Below are positions 18,357 to 26,831 of a stretch of 64,000 bases of DNA, piece after piece (the first letter of the stretch is position 1; every line of letters begins with the position of its first letter). The position numbers and the translations under genes are program-made. Source of the DNA: Anaerolineae bacterium (GTDB lineage Bacteria; Chloroflexota; Anaerolineae; Aggregatilineales; UBA3940); contig JAFGOY010000009.1 of the NCBI GenBank assembly GCA_016926255.1, positions 28,414 through 92,413 on the forward strand, in the 5' to 3' direction. The notes under the pieces are model-generated. The model worked only from the letters and a program-made list of their open reading frames with translations. It had not been told where the DNA came from and made no database searches.

Positions 18357-19166
18357 ATGAACCTAAAAACACTCAAAACACTACTGATCGACGGGGATGG
18401 AGTGCTCTACCGGGGCAAGGAACCGGTCCCCGGACTGGGTCGTTTCTTCGACGTGTTGAACGACCGTGGAATCAACTGGGCACTGCTCACCAATAACGCA
18501 ACACGCACCCTCGACAAGCACGCCGCAAAACTGACGGGGCTGGGTATCGAGACGCTGGAAGAACAGGTCTTTTCCAGCGCATCGGTCACGGCGACATACT
18601 TGAGCGAGATTCTTGAACCCGGCGCTGAAATATACGTCGTCGGGGAAGAAGGTGTACTGGATACACTTGCCGCTGCGGGATTCAAAGTGCTGACAGGCGA
18701 AATCGAACCAGTAAATAACGTTGCCGCGGTGGTTGGCAGCATCGACCGCGAGGTAACGTACAGCAAGGTAGCCATCGCATCGAGGCTGATCCGGCGAGGC
18801 GCACCATTCATCGGGACGAACCCGGATCGAACCTTCCCAACGCCGAACGGGCTGTATCCCGGTGCGGGGACGATCCTGGCGGCGATTGCGGCGGCATCCG
18901 ACCAGGAACCGACGATCATCGGGAAGCCGGAAAAGACGATCTTCGAGGTGGCGATGAAACACTTCAACGCCGAGGAATCGTCAACCGCGATGCTGGGAGA
19001 CCGGCTCGAAACGGACATCCTGGGAGGGATTCGGGCCGGAATCGGGACTATTGCGGTGCTTTCAGGCGTGGCTACTACTACACAGATCGAAGAAAGTGAC
19101 TATAAACCCGACCTGGTTTTCGACAGCATCGCAGAACTGGCCGACGAATTGAACCACAGTGGATAA
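18357..19166 (+). CDS. HAD-IIA family phosphatase (NagD-like)
   Basis: LLIDGDGVLYRG, LTNN, GKP and GDRLETDI motifs. Confidence 0.85.
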   Translation: MNLKTLKTLLIDGDGVLYRGKEPVPGLGRFFDVLNDRGINWALLTNNATRTLDKHAAKLTGLGIETLEEQVFSSASVTATYLSEILEPGAEIYVVGEEGVLDTLAAAGFKVLTGEIEPVNNVAAVVGSIDREVTYSKVAIASRLIRRGAPFIGTNPDRTFPTPNGLYPGAGTILAAIAAASDQEPTIIGKPEKTIFEVAMKHFNAEESSTAMLGDRLETDILGGIRAGIGTIAVLSGVATTTQIEESDYKPDLVFDSIAELADELNHSG

Positions 19167-20229
19167 CCCGGAGAACCAGCAGATCAATATCTATGATCTT
19201 ACACATGCCGAACTGACCACACTGATCGAAGCATGGGGGTTCGAACGGTACCGGACCGACCAAATCTGGCGGTGGCTGTATCAACACAAGGTCGATGACT
19301 ACGGCAAGATAGGCAATTTGCCCGCCGACCTGATCAAGCGGTTGGACAGTGAAACGCGCCTCGGCGTGTTGGAGATCATCGACACGATTCACTCGACCGA
19401 CGGGGAAACGAAGAAATTCGCCCTGAGGCTGCCGGACGGGCAGATCGTCGAAGCGGTATTGATGCGTTATGAAGGGGTGCGGCGCACCGCCTGCATCTCG
19501 ACGCAGGCCGGATGCGCGATTGGCTGCGTGTTCTGTGCAACCGGGCAGATGGGTTTCGCCCGGCATCTATCGCCCGGAGAGATCGTCGAGCAGGTATTGA
19601 TCATCGCCCGGATGCTGGAAGATCAAGGTGAACGCCTCAGCAACATTGTGTTGATGGGGATGGGCGAACCCTTCCACAACTACGACAACACAATGGCTGC
19701 CATCCACCGGTTCATCGACCCCGACGGGCTGAACATCGGGCAGCGGCACATCACGGTCAGCACGGTCGGGCTGGTGCCGGGCATCCGGCGGTTTGCGGAC
19801 GAAGACCTCCAGGTGCGGCTGGCGATCAGCCTGCACGCGGCAAGTGACGAGGAACGCTCGGCGCTGATCCCAGTCAACAGGCGCTACCCGCTGGACGATC
19901 TGCTCGGTGCGGTGAGAGACTATATCGAGCAGACCGGGCGGCGGGTGACTTTCGAGTGGACGCTGATCGCGCATCAGAACGACACGCCCGAACAGGCACA
20001 CAAACTCGGCAGGCTGCTGCATGATCTGATGTGCCATGTCAACGTCATCCCGTTGAACCCGACCGACAGCTACGACGGGAATCCCTCAGACAATAACCGG
20101 GTAGCGGCGTTCACCGGGATAGTCGACTCATATGGCATTCCGGTGACGGTGCGGGTCAGGCGCGGGATCGACGTCAGTGCGGGCTGCGGGCAGTTGAAAG
20201 CAGCGATCATCAAAACGAGTGAGGGTTAA
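19159..20229 (+). CDS. rlmN: 23S rRNA/tRNA (adenine-C2)-methyltransferase, radical SAM
   Basis: CISTQAGCAIGCVFCATG radical-SAM cluster, GMGEP, and the conserved C-terminal SAGCGQL block. Confidence 0.93.
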   Translation: MDNPENQQINIYDLTHAELTTLIEAWGFERYRTDQIWRWLYQHKVDDYGKIGNLPADLIKRLDSETRLGVLEIIDTIHSTDGETKKFALRLPDGQIVEAVLMRYEGVRRTACISTQAGCAIGCVFCATGQMGFARHLSPGEIVEQVLIIARMLEDQGERLSNIVLMGMGEPFHNYDNTMAAIHRFIDPDGLNIGQRHITVSTVGLVPGIRRFADEDLQVRLAISLHAASDEERSALIPVNRRYPLDDLLGAVRDYIEQTGRRVTFEWTLIAHQNDTPEQAHKLGRLLHDLMCHVNVIPLNPTDSYDGNPSDNNRVAAFTGIVDSYGIPVTVRVRRGIDVSAGCGQLKAAIIKTSEG

Positions 20230-20231
20230 CA

Positions 20232-20660
20232 TTGGATGTTCTGATCAAACGGATTGACGACAGCCTGCCGCTGCCTGCGTATCAGACGGATGGCTCGGTG
20301 TTTTTCGATCTTGCAGCAAGAGAAACGATAGAAATCGCACCACAGAGTACCGGATTGATTCCGCTCAACATCGTGGTGGCAACACCGGAAGGCTACCTGT
20401 TCCTACTCGTCCCGCGAAGCAGCACGCCGCTCAAGAAGGGGCTGCTGATCCCGAACGGGATCGGGGTGATCGACCAGGATTACTGCGGCAACGGCGACGA
20501 GGTCAGGCTGCTGGCATACAATTTCAGCCGGGAGACGGTGACCATCGAACGGGGCGAGCGGATCGCACAGGCGGGATTCGTACGGGTAGACCGGGCCAAC
20601 TGGCGAGAAGTTGAGTCGATGCCGGGGGCAAACCGGGGTGGGTTCGGAAGTACGGGTTAA
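20232..20660 (+). CDS. dut: dUTP diphosphatase
   Basis: GVIDQDYCG and NRGGFGSTG motifs. TTG start with a GAGGG SD. Confidence 0.85.
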   Translation: MDVLIKRIDDSLPLPAYQTDGSVFFDLAARETIEIAPQSTGLIPLNIVVATPEGYLFLLVPRSSTPLKKGLLIPNGIGVIDQDYCGNGDEVRLLAYNFSRETVTIERGERIAQAGFVRVDRANWREVESMPGANRGGFGSTG

Positions 20661-21589
20661 AATTCAGGGTCGTAGTCGGAAGGGTGCTGCTCCTCGATCA
20701 GTTCGGTGAAGGCTTCCTGGGCGCGGCGGCCAAGTTCCTCAAAGGCAAACTCAAAAGTCGGATCGTCTTTGACAGATGGCCAACTGACTTCCCGCTGGCT
20801 CATCAGGTCGTCAAGCCGCTGCCACAGTTCACGGTTCTTGACCGGCTCGCCTTTTTTGGTCTGCCAGTTACGCTGCTTCCAGCCCTTGATCCAACGCGCC
20901 GCGCCGTTACGCAGATAGTCGGACAGACAGTAGACGCTGACCGAAATGCCTTCGGGGAGGCGGCTCAAGGCTTCGATGACGGCCATGATATCAAGCTGGT
21001 TGGCCGTTACCTCGTATTCATGGCCGGTAATCAACTGCTCGTTGCCATCGTATCGGATCGAGGCGGCCCAGAAGCCCTGATCGTCACGGGCAGAGACAAC
21101 CGTAAACACCTCCGCCTCCGCCGACACCTCAGGGACGGGTTCCCCAGCCGCCTGGCTGCGGATCGCCTGCGTCGCCAGCCGGTCGGCACGCTCGTTGTAG
21201 CGATTCCCGGCGTGCCCTTTAACCCATTTCCAGGTGATATCATGAACGAGGCTCATCTCGACGAGCCACTTCCACAGATCGGCGTTCTTGACGCGGTGAA
21301 ATCCCTTCGCCTGCCATTTACCGATCCGCTCGGTGATGCCGAGCTTTACGTACTCCGAATCGGTATAGAGGTGAACCTTACAGGGCTGCTTCAAGGCCGA
21401 GAGGGCCTCAATCGCGGCGGTCAATTCCATGCGGTTGTTGGTCGTCTGCGGCTCGCTGCCGGAAAGCTCCTTGACATGGCCGGTCGCATCGTGGATCAGC
21501 ACCGCACCCCATCCGCCGGGGCCGGGATTGGGGTCAGCACCACCGTCGGTATAGATCGTCACCCTGGTTTTTTCGTCAGTCTCGGACAC
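20657..21589 (-). CDS. rnhA: ribonuclease HI with a second, degenerate RNase H-like domain
   Basis: Domain 1 has all four DEDD residues (YTDGG, NNRMELTA, YTDSEY, NERAD). Domain 2 is colinear but lacks two of them. Confidence 0.85.
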   Translation of the reverse strand: MSETDEKTRVTIYTDGGADPNPGPGGWGAVLIHDATGHVKELSGSEPQTTNNRMELTAAIEALSALKQPCKVHLYTDSEYVKLGITERIGKWQAKGFHRVKNADLWKWLVEMSLVHDITWKWVKGHAGNRYNERADRLATQAIRSQAAGEPVPEVSAEAEVFTVVSARDDQGFWAASIRYDGNEQLITGHEYEVTANQLDIMAVIEALSRLPEGISVSVYCLSDYLRNGAARWIKGWKQRNWQTKKGEPVKNRELWQRLDDLMSQREVSWPSVKDDPTFEFAFEELGRRAQEAFTELIEEQHPSDYDPEF

Positions 21590-21645
21590 AGTTAAACCTC
21601 AACTAAAATTGCATGGGGAAGACCGGCATGTTAAACTCCGGGACG

Positions 21646-22320
21646 ATGAAAAAACAGGCCAGAATCGCAGCTTCGATACTCGCCGCAGACTTTGCAAAGC
21701 TGGGCGAAGAGATCAAACGGGCGGAAGCCGGGGGTGTGGACGAAATCCACGTCGACGTAATGGACGGGCACTTCGTTCCTAACATCTCCATTGGACCGCC
21801 GGTCGTCAAGTCGATCCGCAAGGTCACCGATCTGCCGTTCGACGTGCATTTGATGATCAGCGAACCTGAGAAATATGTCAAAGCCTTCGCCGATGCCGGT
21901 GCTAACCGGATCAACGTTCAGGTCGAGGTCGACACACACATTCAGGCGCTAGAAATGATCCACGACCTGGGTATCCAATCAGGTATTGTGCTCAACCCGG
22001 ACACGCCAGCCGAATCGCTCAAGGATGTAATCGCCGAGATCGACTATGTGCTGGTGATGACCGTGTATCCCGGATTCGGCGGCCAGGCGTTTATGGAAAG
22101 CACGCTGCCAAAAATCAGCGCGATTCGCCGGTGGCTGGATGACGTCAATCAAGAAGCCTGGCTTGCAGTCGATGGCGGGTTGAACCAGGCGACAATCGGC
22201 AAAGCCTGCGCAGCAGGAGCCGATTTCATCATCTCCGGAACGTCACTGTTTCGCGCAGAAGAAGGCATCGCTGCGGTTGTAAAAGAAATACGCAAAACCG
22301 CTCAGTGCCAATCAGACTGA
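21646..22320 (+). CDS. rpe: ribulose-phosphate 3-epimerase
   Basis: IAASILAADF, HVDVMDGHFVPN, VMTVYPGFGGQ. The start is uncertain (in-frame ATGs at 21613, 21628, 21646). 21646 best fits usual N-termini. Confidence 0.9.
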   Translation: MKKQARIAASILAADFAKLGEEIKRAEAGGVDEIHVDVMDGHFVPNISIGPPVVKSIRKVTDLPFDVHLMISEPEKYVKAFADAGANRINVQVEVDTHIQALEMIHDLGIQSGIVLNPDTPAESLKDVIAEIDYVLVMTVYPGFGGQAFMESTLPKISAIRRWLDDVNQEAWLAVDGGLNQATIGKACAAGADFIISGTSLFRAEEGIAAVVKEIRKTAQCQSD

Positions 22321-22330
22321 TTGCGGGCAA

Positions 22331-22352
22331 CAAAAAAAGGGCCTGTCGGCCC
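22331..22352 (-). terminator. intrinsic terminator after rpmB
   Basis: On the minus strand, GGGCC-GACA-GGCCC followed by TTTTTTTG. Confidence 0.7.
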
Positions 22353-22376
22353 ACTGACAGTTGCTATCAAACCAAG

Positions 22377-22574
22377 TTAACGGATTTTGACATCCTTATT
22401 CAAGGTTTTCAGGCACTTGGCACAAACCATTACCCGAACCGGCTTGCCGTCACGAAGGATCGTCGTCTTTTGCAGGTTGGGGCGGAACTTACGTTTTGTT
22501 TTTCGCTGCGAGAAGCTCACACTATGCCCAAACTGTGGCTTTTTGCCGCACATTTCACATACTGCCATTTTCAC
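22377..22574 (-). CDS. rpmB: 50S ribosomal protein L28 (Zn-ribbon form)
   Basis: [35 protein letters not shown] start at 22574, or ATG at 22568. Confidence 0.93.
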   Translation of the reverse strand: MKMAVCEMCGKKPQFGHSVSFSQRKTKRKFRPNLQKTTILRDGKPVRVMVCAKCLKTLNKDVKIR

Positions 22575-22702
22575 ATCGCCTTTTGATATTTGGTGTTACT
22601 CAAATTGACCGCTGCTGCAAGTCAATTCGCGTTTTTTCATTTTATTTGCGGGGCAGAGCATACCTCAAGGATACTGTTTTTACAAGGTTTAAGGCTGACA
22701 AG

Positions 22703-23068
22703 ATGAGTGATAAACAAAAACAAACCAGTGGCTCAATCCATGTTTCACCATCGGCGATTGCAACCGTCGCCAGCCAAGCACTGCTTACCTGCTATGGCGT
22801 AGTCGGTATGGCATCAAAATCTGCAATCGGCGAACTGGCGGCGCAGCTTACTCGCGATCCGCATCACGGCATTGACGTGACCTACAAAAGCGGCGCGCTC
22901 ACCATAGACCTGTATGTGATCATCCAGCACGGCACTCGCATCTCATCAGTTGCCGACAGTGTTATCAATTCTGTACGTTTTAAGGTCGAAAAAGCAATTG
23001 GCATCCCCGTTCAACAGATCAACATCTACGTACAAGGGCTGCGATTGATGCCAGATAACGAAGAATAG
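22703..23068 (+). CDS. Asp23/Gls24 family protein (YloU-like)
   Basis: The MSDKQKQTSGSIHVSPSAIATVASQA..GVVGM pattern fits the family, and the gene precedes the DAK2 gene as in Firmicutes. The track start at 22496 overlaps rpmB. Confidence 0.85.
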   Translation: MSDKQKQTSGSIHVSPSAIATVASQALLTCYGVVGMASKSAIGELAAQLTRDPHHGIDVTYKSGALTIDLYVIIQHGTRISSVADSVINSVRFKVEKAIGIPVQQINIYVQGLRLMPDNEE

Positions 23069-23090
23069 ACCTTTGGAAGGCTAATCGAGA

Positions 23091-24776
23091 ATGGAAGCAA
23101 ACAATGCAGCCAGCCAGAACCCCACCACCACCTGCAACGGACAAGACCTTAAACAGCTTGCCCAGGCGGGACTTGCCTGGCTGGAGCAGAATTACGAGAT
23201 GGTCAATGCATTAAATGTATTTCCTGTACCGGATGGCGATACAGGCACCAATATGCTTTTGACCATGCGCAGCGCTTACGAAGAAATCGCACGAATCGAC
23301 GAAGCCCATATCGGTCAGATCGCGCAGCGGTTGTACACGGGCGCGCTGATGGGCGCACGAGGAAATTCGGGGGTTATCCTATCGCAGCTCTGGCGCGGTT
23401 TTGCCAAAGGCATCGAGAACAGGCCGACACTCGACACAAAGGGTTTGTTGAACGGACTTCAAGAAGCCACCCGAACCGCGTATCAGGCCGTCCAGGAGCC
23501 GGTTGAAGGCACCATGCTGACGGTTGCCAGAGAGGTTTCAGAAGAAGCCGAATTGATCTGCAAGGAGACAGATGATCTCATGATTGTCCTGGATCGGATT
23601 GTCACACGCGGACACGAATCTGTGCAGCGGACGCCTCACCTCCTGAAAGTGCTGGCCGATGCCGGAGTGGTAGACTCAGGAGGCATGGGGCTGATGTGCA
23701 TCCTGGAAGGTATGCTGCGCTACACACGCGGCGAGGAGCTGGTTGCCGAGGTGCCATTCGAAAAGCGGATTGAAGACCTCCACAGCGCACTGGAACCCGA
23801 TGACGAAGAAGGCTATGGCTACGACGTCCAATACCTGATCAAGGGCGAAGGGATGAACGTCGAGGAAATACGGTCGCATATTGAATCTCTGGGCTGGTCA
23901 GCGGTGATTGCCGGTGACGAGAGCATTATCAAGGTGCATGTGCATGTACATAACCCCGGCGAAGCAGTCGGGTATGGTGCCGATCAGGGCGTACTGCTGG
24001 ATGTCGTCGTCGAGAATATGCAGGAACAGTACGAGGAATTCGTGCATGAACGCGGCGGCCCGACGATGGGCGGGCAGGCGAAAGAAGAGGCCATCGAAGC
24101 ACCGGAAATTGAGGCGGGAACAATTGCCGCAGTGACCGTCACACCCGGCAACGGCTTAACCCGTATTTTCTTCAGCCTGGGAGCCGGACAGGTGGTAGCC
24201 GGGGGGCAGACGATGAACCCCAGCACGAAAGACCTGCTCGAAGCGATCAACAGCCTCCCGACCGATAAAGTGATTGTGCTACCGAATAACAAGAACATCA
24301 TATTATCGGCACGGCAGGCCGCCAAACAAGCAGAAGACAAGCACGTCCGGGTAGTCGAAACGCGGACGATCCCACAGGGAATATCGGCGCTGCTGTCGCT
24401 CGATCCATACGGTGACCTGGACGAGATCAGCGAAGCGATGAAAGAGGCGGCAACTTACGTTCAAACCGGCGAAATCACCATCTCGACCCGCAACGCACGG
24501 ATCGATGGGTTGAAGGTCAAGAAGGGACAGGTGATCGGCCTGCACAACGACAAACTGGTCGTCGCCGGGGACAGCCTCGACGAGGTAATTCTCGGCCTGC
24601 TTGTCAAGATGGAAGCTCAGGACATGGAGCTAATCACCCTTTATTATGGAAATGACGTTAAAAAACACGATGCCGAGAACCTCGTCTCACGGCTTGAAGA
24701 ACTTTATCCCGATCACGAAATCGAACTGAGGTTCGGCGGCCAAAAACATTATTTTTATATTTTGAGTGTCGAATAA
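23091..24776 (+). CDS. DAK2-domain protein YloV / fatty-acid kinase FakA-like
   Basis: N-terminal Dak2 domain (PDGDTGTNM), about 560 aa, followed by two DegV genes. Confidence 0.85.
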   Translation: MEANNAASQNPTTTCNGQDLKQLAQAGLAWLEQNYEMVNALNVFPVPDGDTGTNMLLTMRSAYEEIARIDEAHIGQIAQRLYTGALMGARGNSGVILSQLWRGFAKGIENRPTLDTKGLLNGLQEATRTAYQAVQEPVEGTMLTVAREVSEEAELICKETDDLMIVLDRIVTRGHESVQRTPHLLKVLADAGVVDSGGMGLMCILEGMLRYTRGEELVAEVPFEKRIEDLHSALEPDDEEGYGYDVQYLIKGEGMNVEEIRSHIESLGWSAVIAGDESIIKVHVHVHNPGEAVGYGADQGVLLDVVVENMQEQYEEFVHERGGPTMGGQAKEEAIEAPEIEAGTIAAVTVTPGNGLTRIFFSLGAGQVVAGGQTMNPSTKDLLEAINSLPTDKVIVLPNNKNIILSARQAAKQAEDKHVRVVETRTIPQGISALLSLDPYGDLDEISEAMKEAATYVQTGEITISTRNARIDGLKVKKGQVIGLHNDKLVVAGDSLDEVILGLLVKMEAQDMELITLYYGNDVKKHDAENLVSRLEELYPDHEIELRFGGQKHYFYILSVE

Positions 24777-24940
24777 CACCTGGAAACAGTCGAAAACCGG
24801 AAGGGGCAACTCCAGACAACCATCCGGTTTCTATTTGAGTCTCTGGCGTTACACTATAGTTACCTCGGCAACTGCACAATCAATTGACACCTGCCCACTG
24901 CCGGGACTATGCGGGTAGGATTTTATGGTTGGAGGGAGAT

Positions 24941-25834
24941 TTGGCAAAAGTTCGGGTCATCACGGACAGCAATGCACGCTTTGAAAACCCGCACGTGGTC
25001 AAACAGCTCAATATCACGGTCGTACCAAACCTGATCCGCTTCGGCAAGGAAACGTGGGAAGAAGACTCCGATATCGATTCGCAAGCGATACTGGAACGCC
25101 TGCGGGCCGGAATGGAACCCCCTGAAGTAATTTCGCCATCGGTCGAAGCTTTCGGGGAAGTTTATGAAGACCTGAGTCGAACGACCGATCAAATGCTGGT
25201 GGTCGTCCATTCACAGAATTTCTCTGATACCTTTGCCCACGCACAGACGGCGCGATCCGGTTTGCTGGGGCGCTGTGAGATCACCGTCATCGACTCGCGC
25301 ACGACATCGGCCTGTCTGGGATACCTGGTCGAAGCGACAGCGGCGGCGGCACAGGCCAACCAGCCGCTCGAATCGGTGGTACACCTGGCGAGAGGAATCG
25401 TACCAAGGTTATATAGCGTCTTTTACGTGAACAAGTTAGACTCAATACAAAAGGCAGGGCTAATCGAGCAGACTCAATCCATCCTGGGTGCGATGCTGGA
25501 AATCAAACCACTTCTCACCATCGAGGACGGCACCCTGATTACAATGGAGAAAGCCCGGACTCATGCACGGGCAATCGATAAAATGATGGAGTTTGTCTGC
25601 GAGTTTACGCATATCGAACGTTTGTGTATATTACAGGGAACACGCCGCATCACCGAAACAACCCGCATGCTGCAAGATCGGCTTGCGTTAGAGTTTGCAC
25701 GAATGCAGGCACCGGTGATGCTGCTCGACCCACTACTGGCCGCCCGACTGGGGCCAGAATGTATGGGAATGGCAATCCTTGAAGGAACCGGGCAAGACAG
25801 TCTTGACCACCTGCACAGTAATCCTGGGATGTGA
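24941..25834 (+). CDS. DegV-family protein, divergent (FakB-like)
   Basis: VRVITDSNARF start region. TTG 24941 is preceded by GGAGGGAG. The track start at 24884 adds 19 aa without an SD. Confidence 0.75.
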   Translation: MAKVRVITDSNARFENPHVVKQLNITVVPNLIRFGKETWEEDSDIDSQAILERLRAGMEPPEVISPSVEAFGEVYEDLSRTTDQMLVVVHSQNFSDTFAHAQTARSGLLGRCEITVIDSRTTSACLGYLVEATAAAAQANQPLESVVHLARGIVPRLYSVFYVNKLDSIQKAGLIEQTQSILGAMLEIKPLLTIEDGTLITMEKARTHARAIDKMMEFVCEFTHIERLCILQGTRRITETTRMLQDRLALEFARMQAPVMLLDPLLAARLGPECMGMAILEGTGQDSLDHLHSNPGM

Positions 25835-26685
25835 ACAACACCATGATATCAATCGTAACTGACAGCACATGTGATATTCCCGGTGAGGCGTTAAACCGTG
25901 ACAACCTGTACGTCGTACCGGCATTGATCACCGTCGGTGAACAGACGGTGTTGGATGGCGTCGAGCTATCGCGGCAGAGATTCTACGAACTGCTACCTCA
26001 ACTTCCCCAACTTCCAACGACCTCAGCCCCAAGCCCGGCTGCATTCCTCAGTGCCTACGAGAATGCACTCCAGAGCGCCGATCACGTGGTTTCGATCCAC
26101 GCGGCCAGTCAACTTAGCGGTATCTACAATTCCGCGCGGCTGGCGGCACAGGAGATCGCCCCTGACCGCATCCACCTGATCGACAGCGGACAACTCAGCA
26201 TGGGGTTGGGATGGGCAGTGATGGAGGCATTGGACGCGATCAATCTCAAGGAACCATTGGAAGGGGTGATCGCATCAATACGGAGCGTGTTAAACCGAGT
26301 CAACGTGTTTGCCCTGCTGAATACCGTAGAATTTCTGGGCAAGAGCGGGCGGATCAACATGATCCAGGCTGGATTGACGAACCTGCTGAGCATCAAGCCG
26401 ATTGTCGAACTGCGGGAAGGGATCGTGACTTCGGTTGCCAGAGTCCGCACGTGGTCACGAGCGGTCAATACGCTGAGTGAAAAAGTCAAGCAACTGGCCC
26501 CAATCGAGAAACTGGCAATAATGCATAGCAACAGAGTCGAGGGCGCACAGGATTTATTAGATCGCGTGAAAAGCGTCTTACCCAATCCAAACCTGGCCGT
26601 GATCACCGACGTTACAACGGTGATCGGCACCCATGTAGGCCCTGGAGCGATCGGGATAGCGGCGATATCGAAACAAACACGCTAG
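25831..26685 (+). CDS. DegV-family fatty-acid-binding protein (FakB-like)
   Basis: ISIVTDSTCDIP, TTSAPSP, SIHAASQLSGIYNSA. Alternative ATG start at 25843. Confidence 0.88.
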   Translation: MNNTMISIVTDSTCDIPGEALNRDNLYVVPALITVGEQTVLDGVELSRQRFYELLPQLPQLPTTSAPSPAAFLSAYENALQSADHVVSIHAASQLSGIYNSARLAAQEIAPDRIHLIDSGQLSMGLGWAVMEALDAINLKEPLEGVIASIRSVLNRVNVFALLNTVEFLGKSGRINMIQAGLTNLLSIKPIVELREGIVTSVARVRTWSRAVNTLSEKVKQLAPIEKLAIMHSNRVEGAQDLLDRVKSVLPNPNLAVITDVTTVIGTHVGPGAIGIAAISKQTR

Positions 26686-26831
26686 GGACTCACATTCCCG
26701 GTGTTGAAGCACCGGGCTAAAATCAATACGTCGACCTAAGAACGACCCTGGAGGGCAGGGACAACCTTTTGTGAGGAATCAGTACCGGATTATATTTCTA
26801 TTAAATCCCAAGCAGCGGGATAGAAAGTTTT

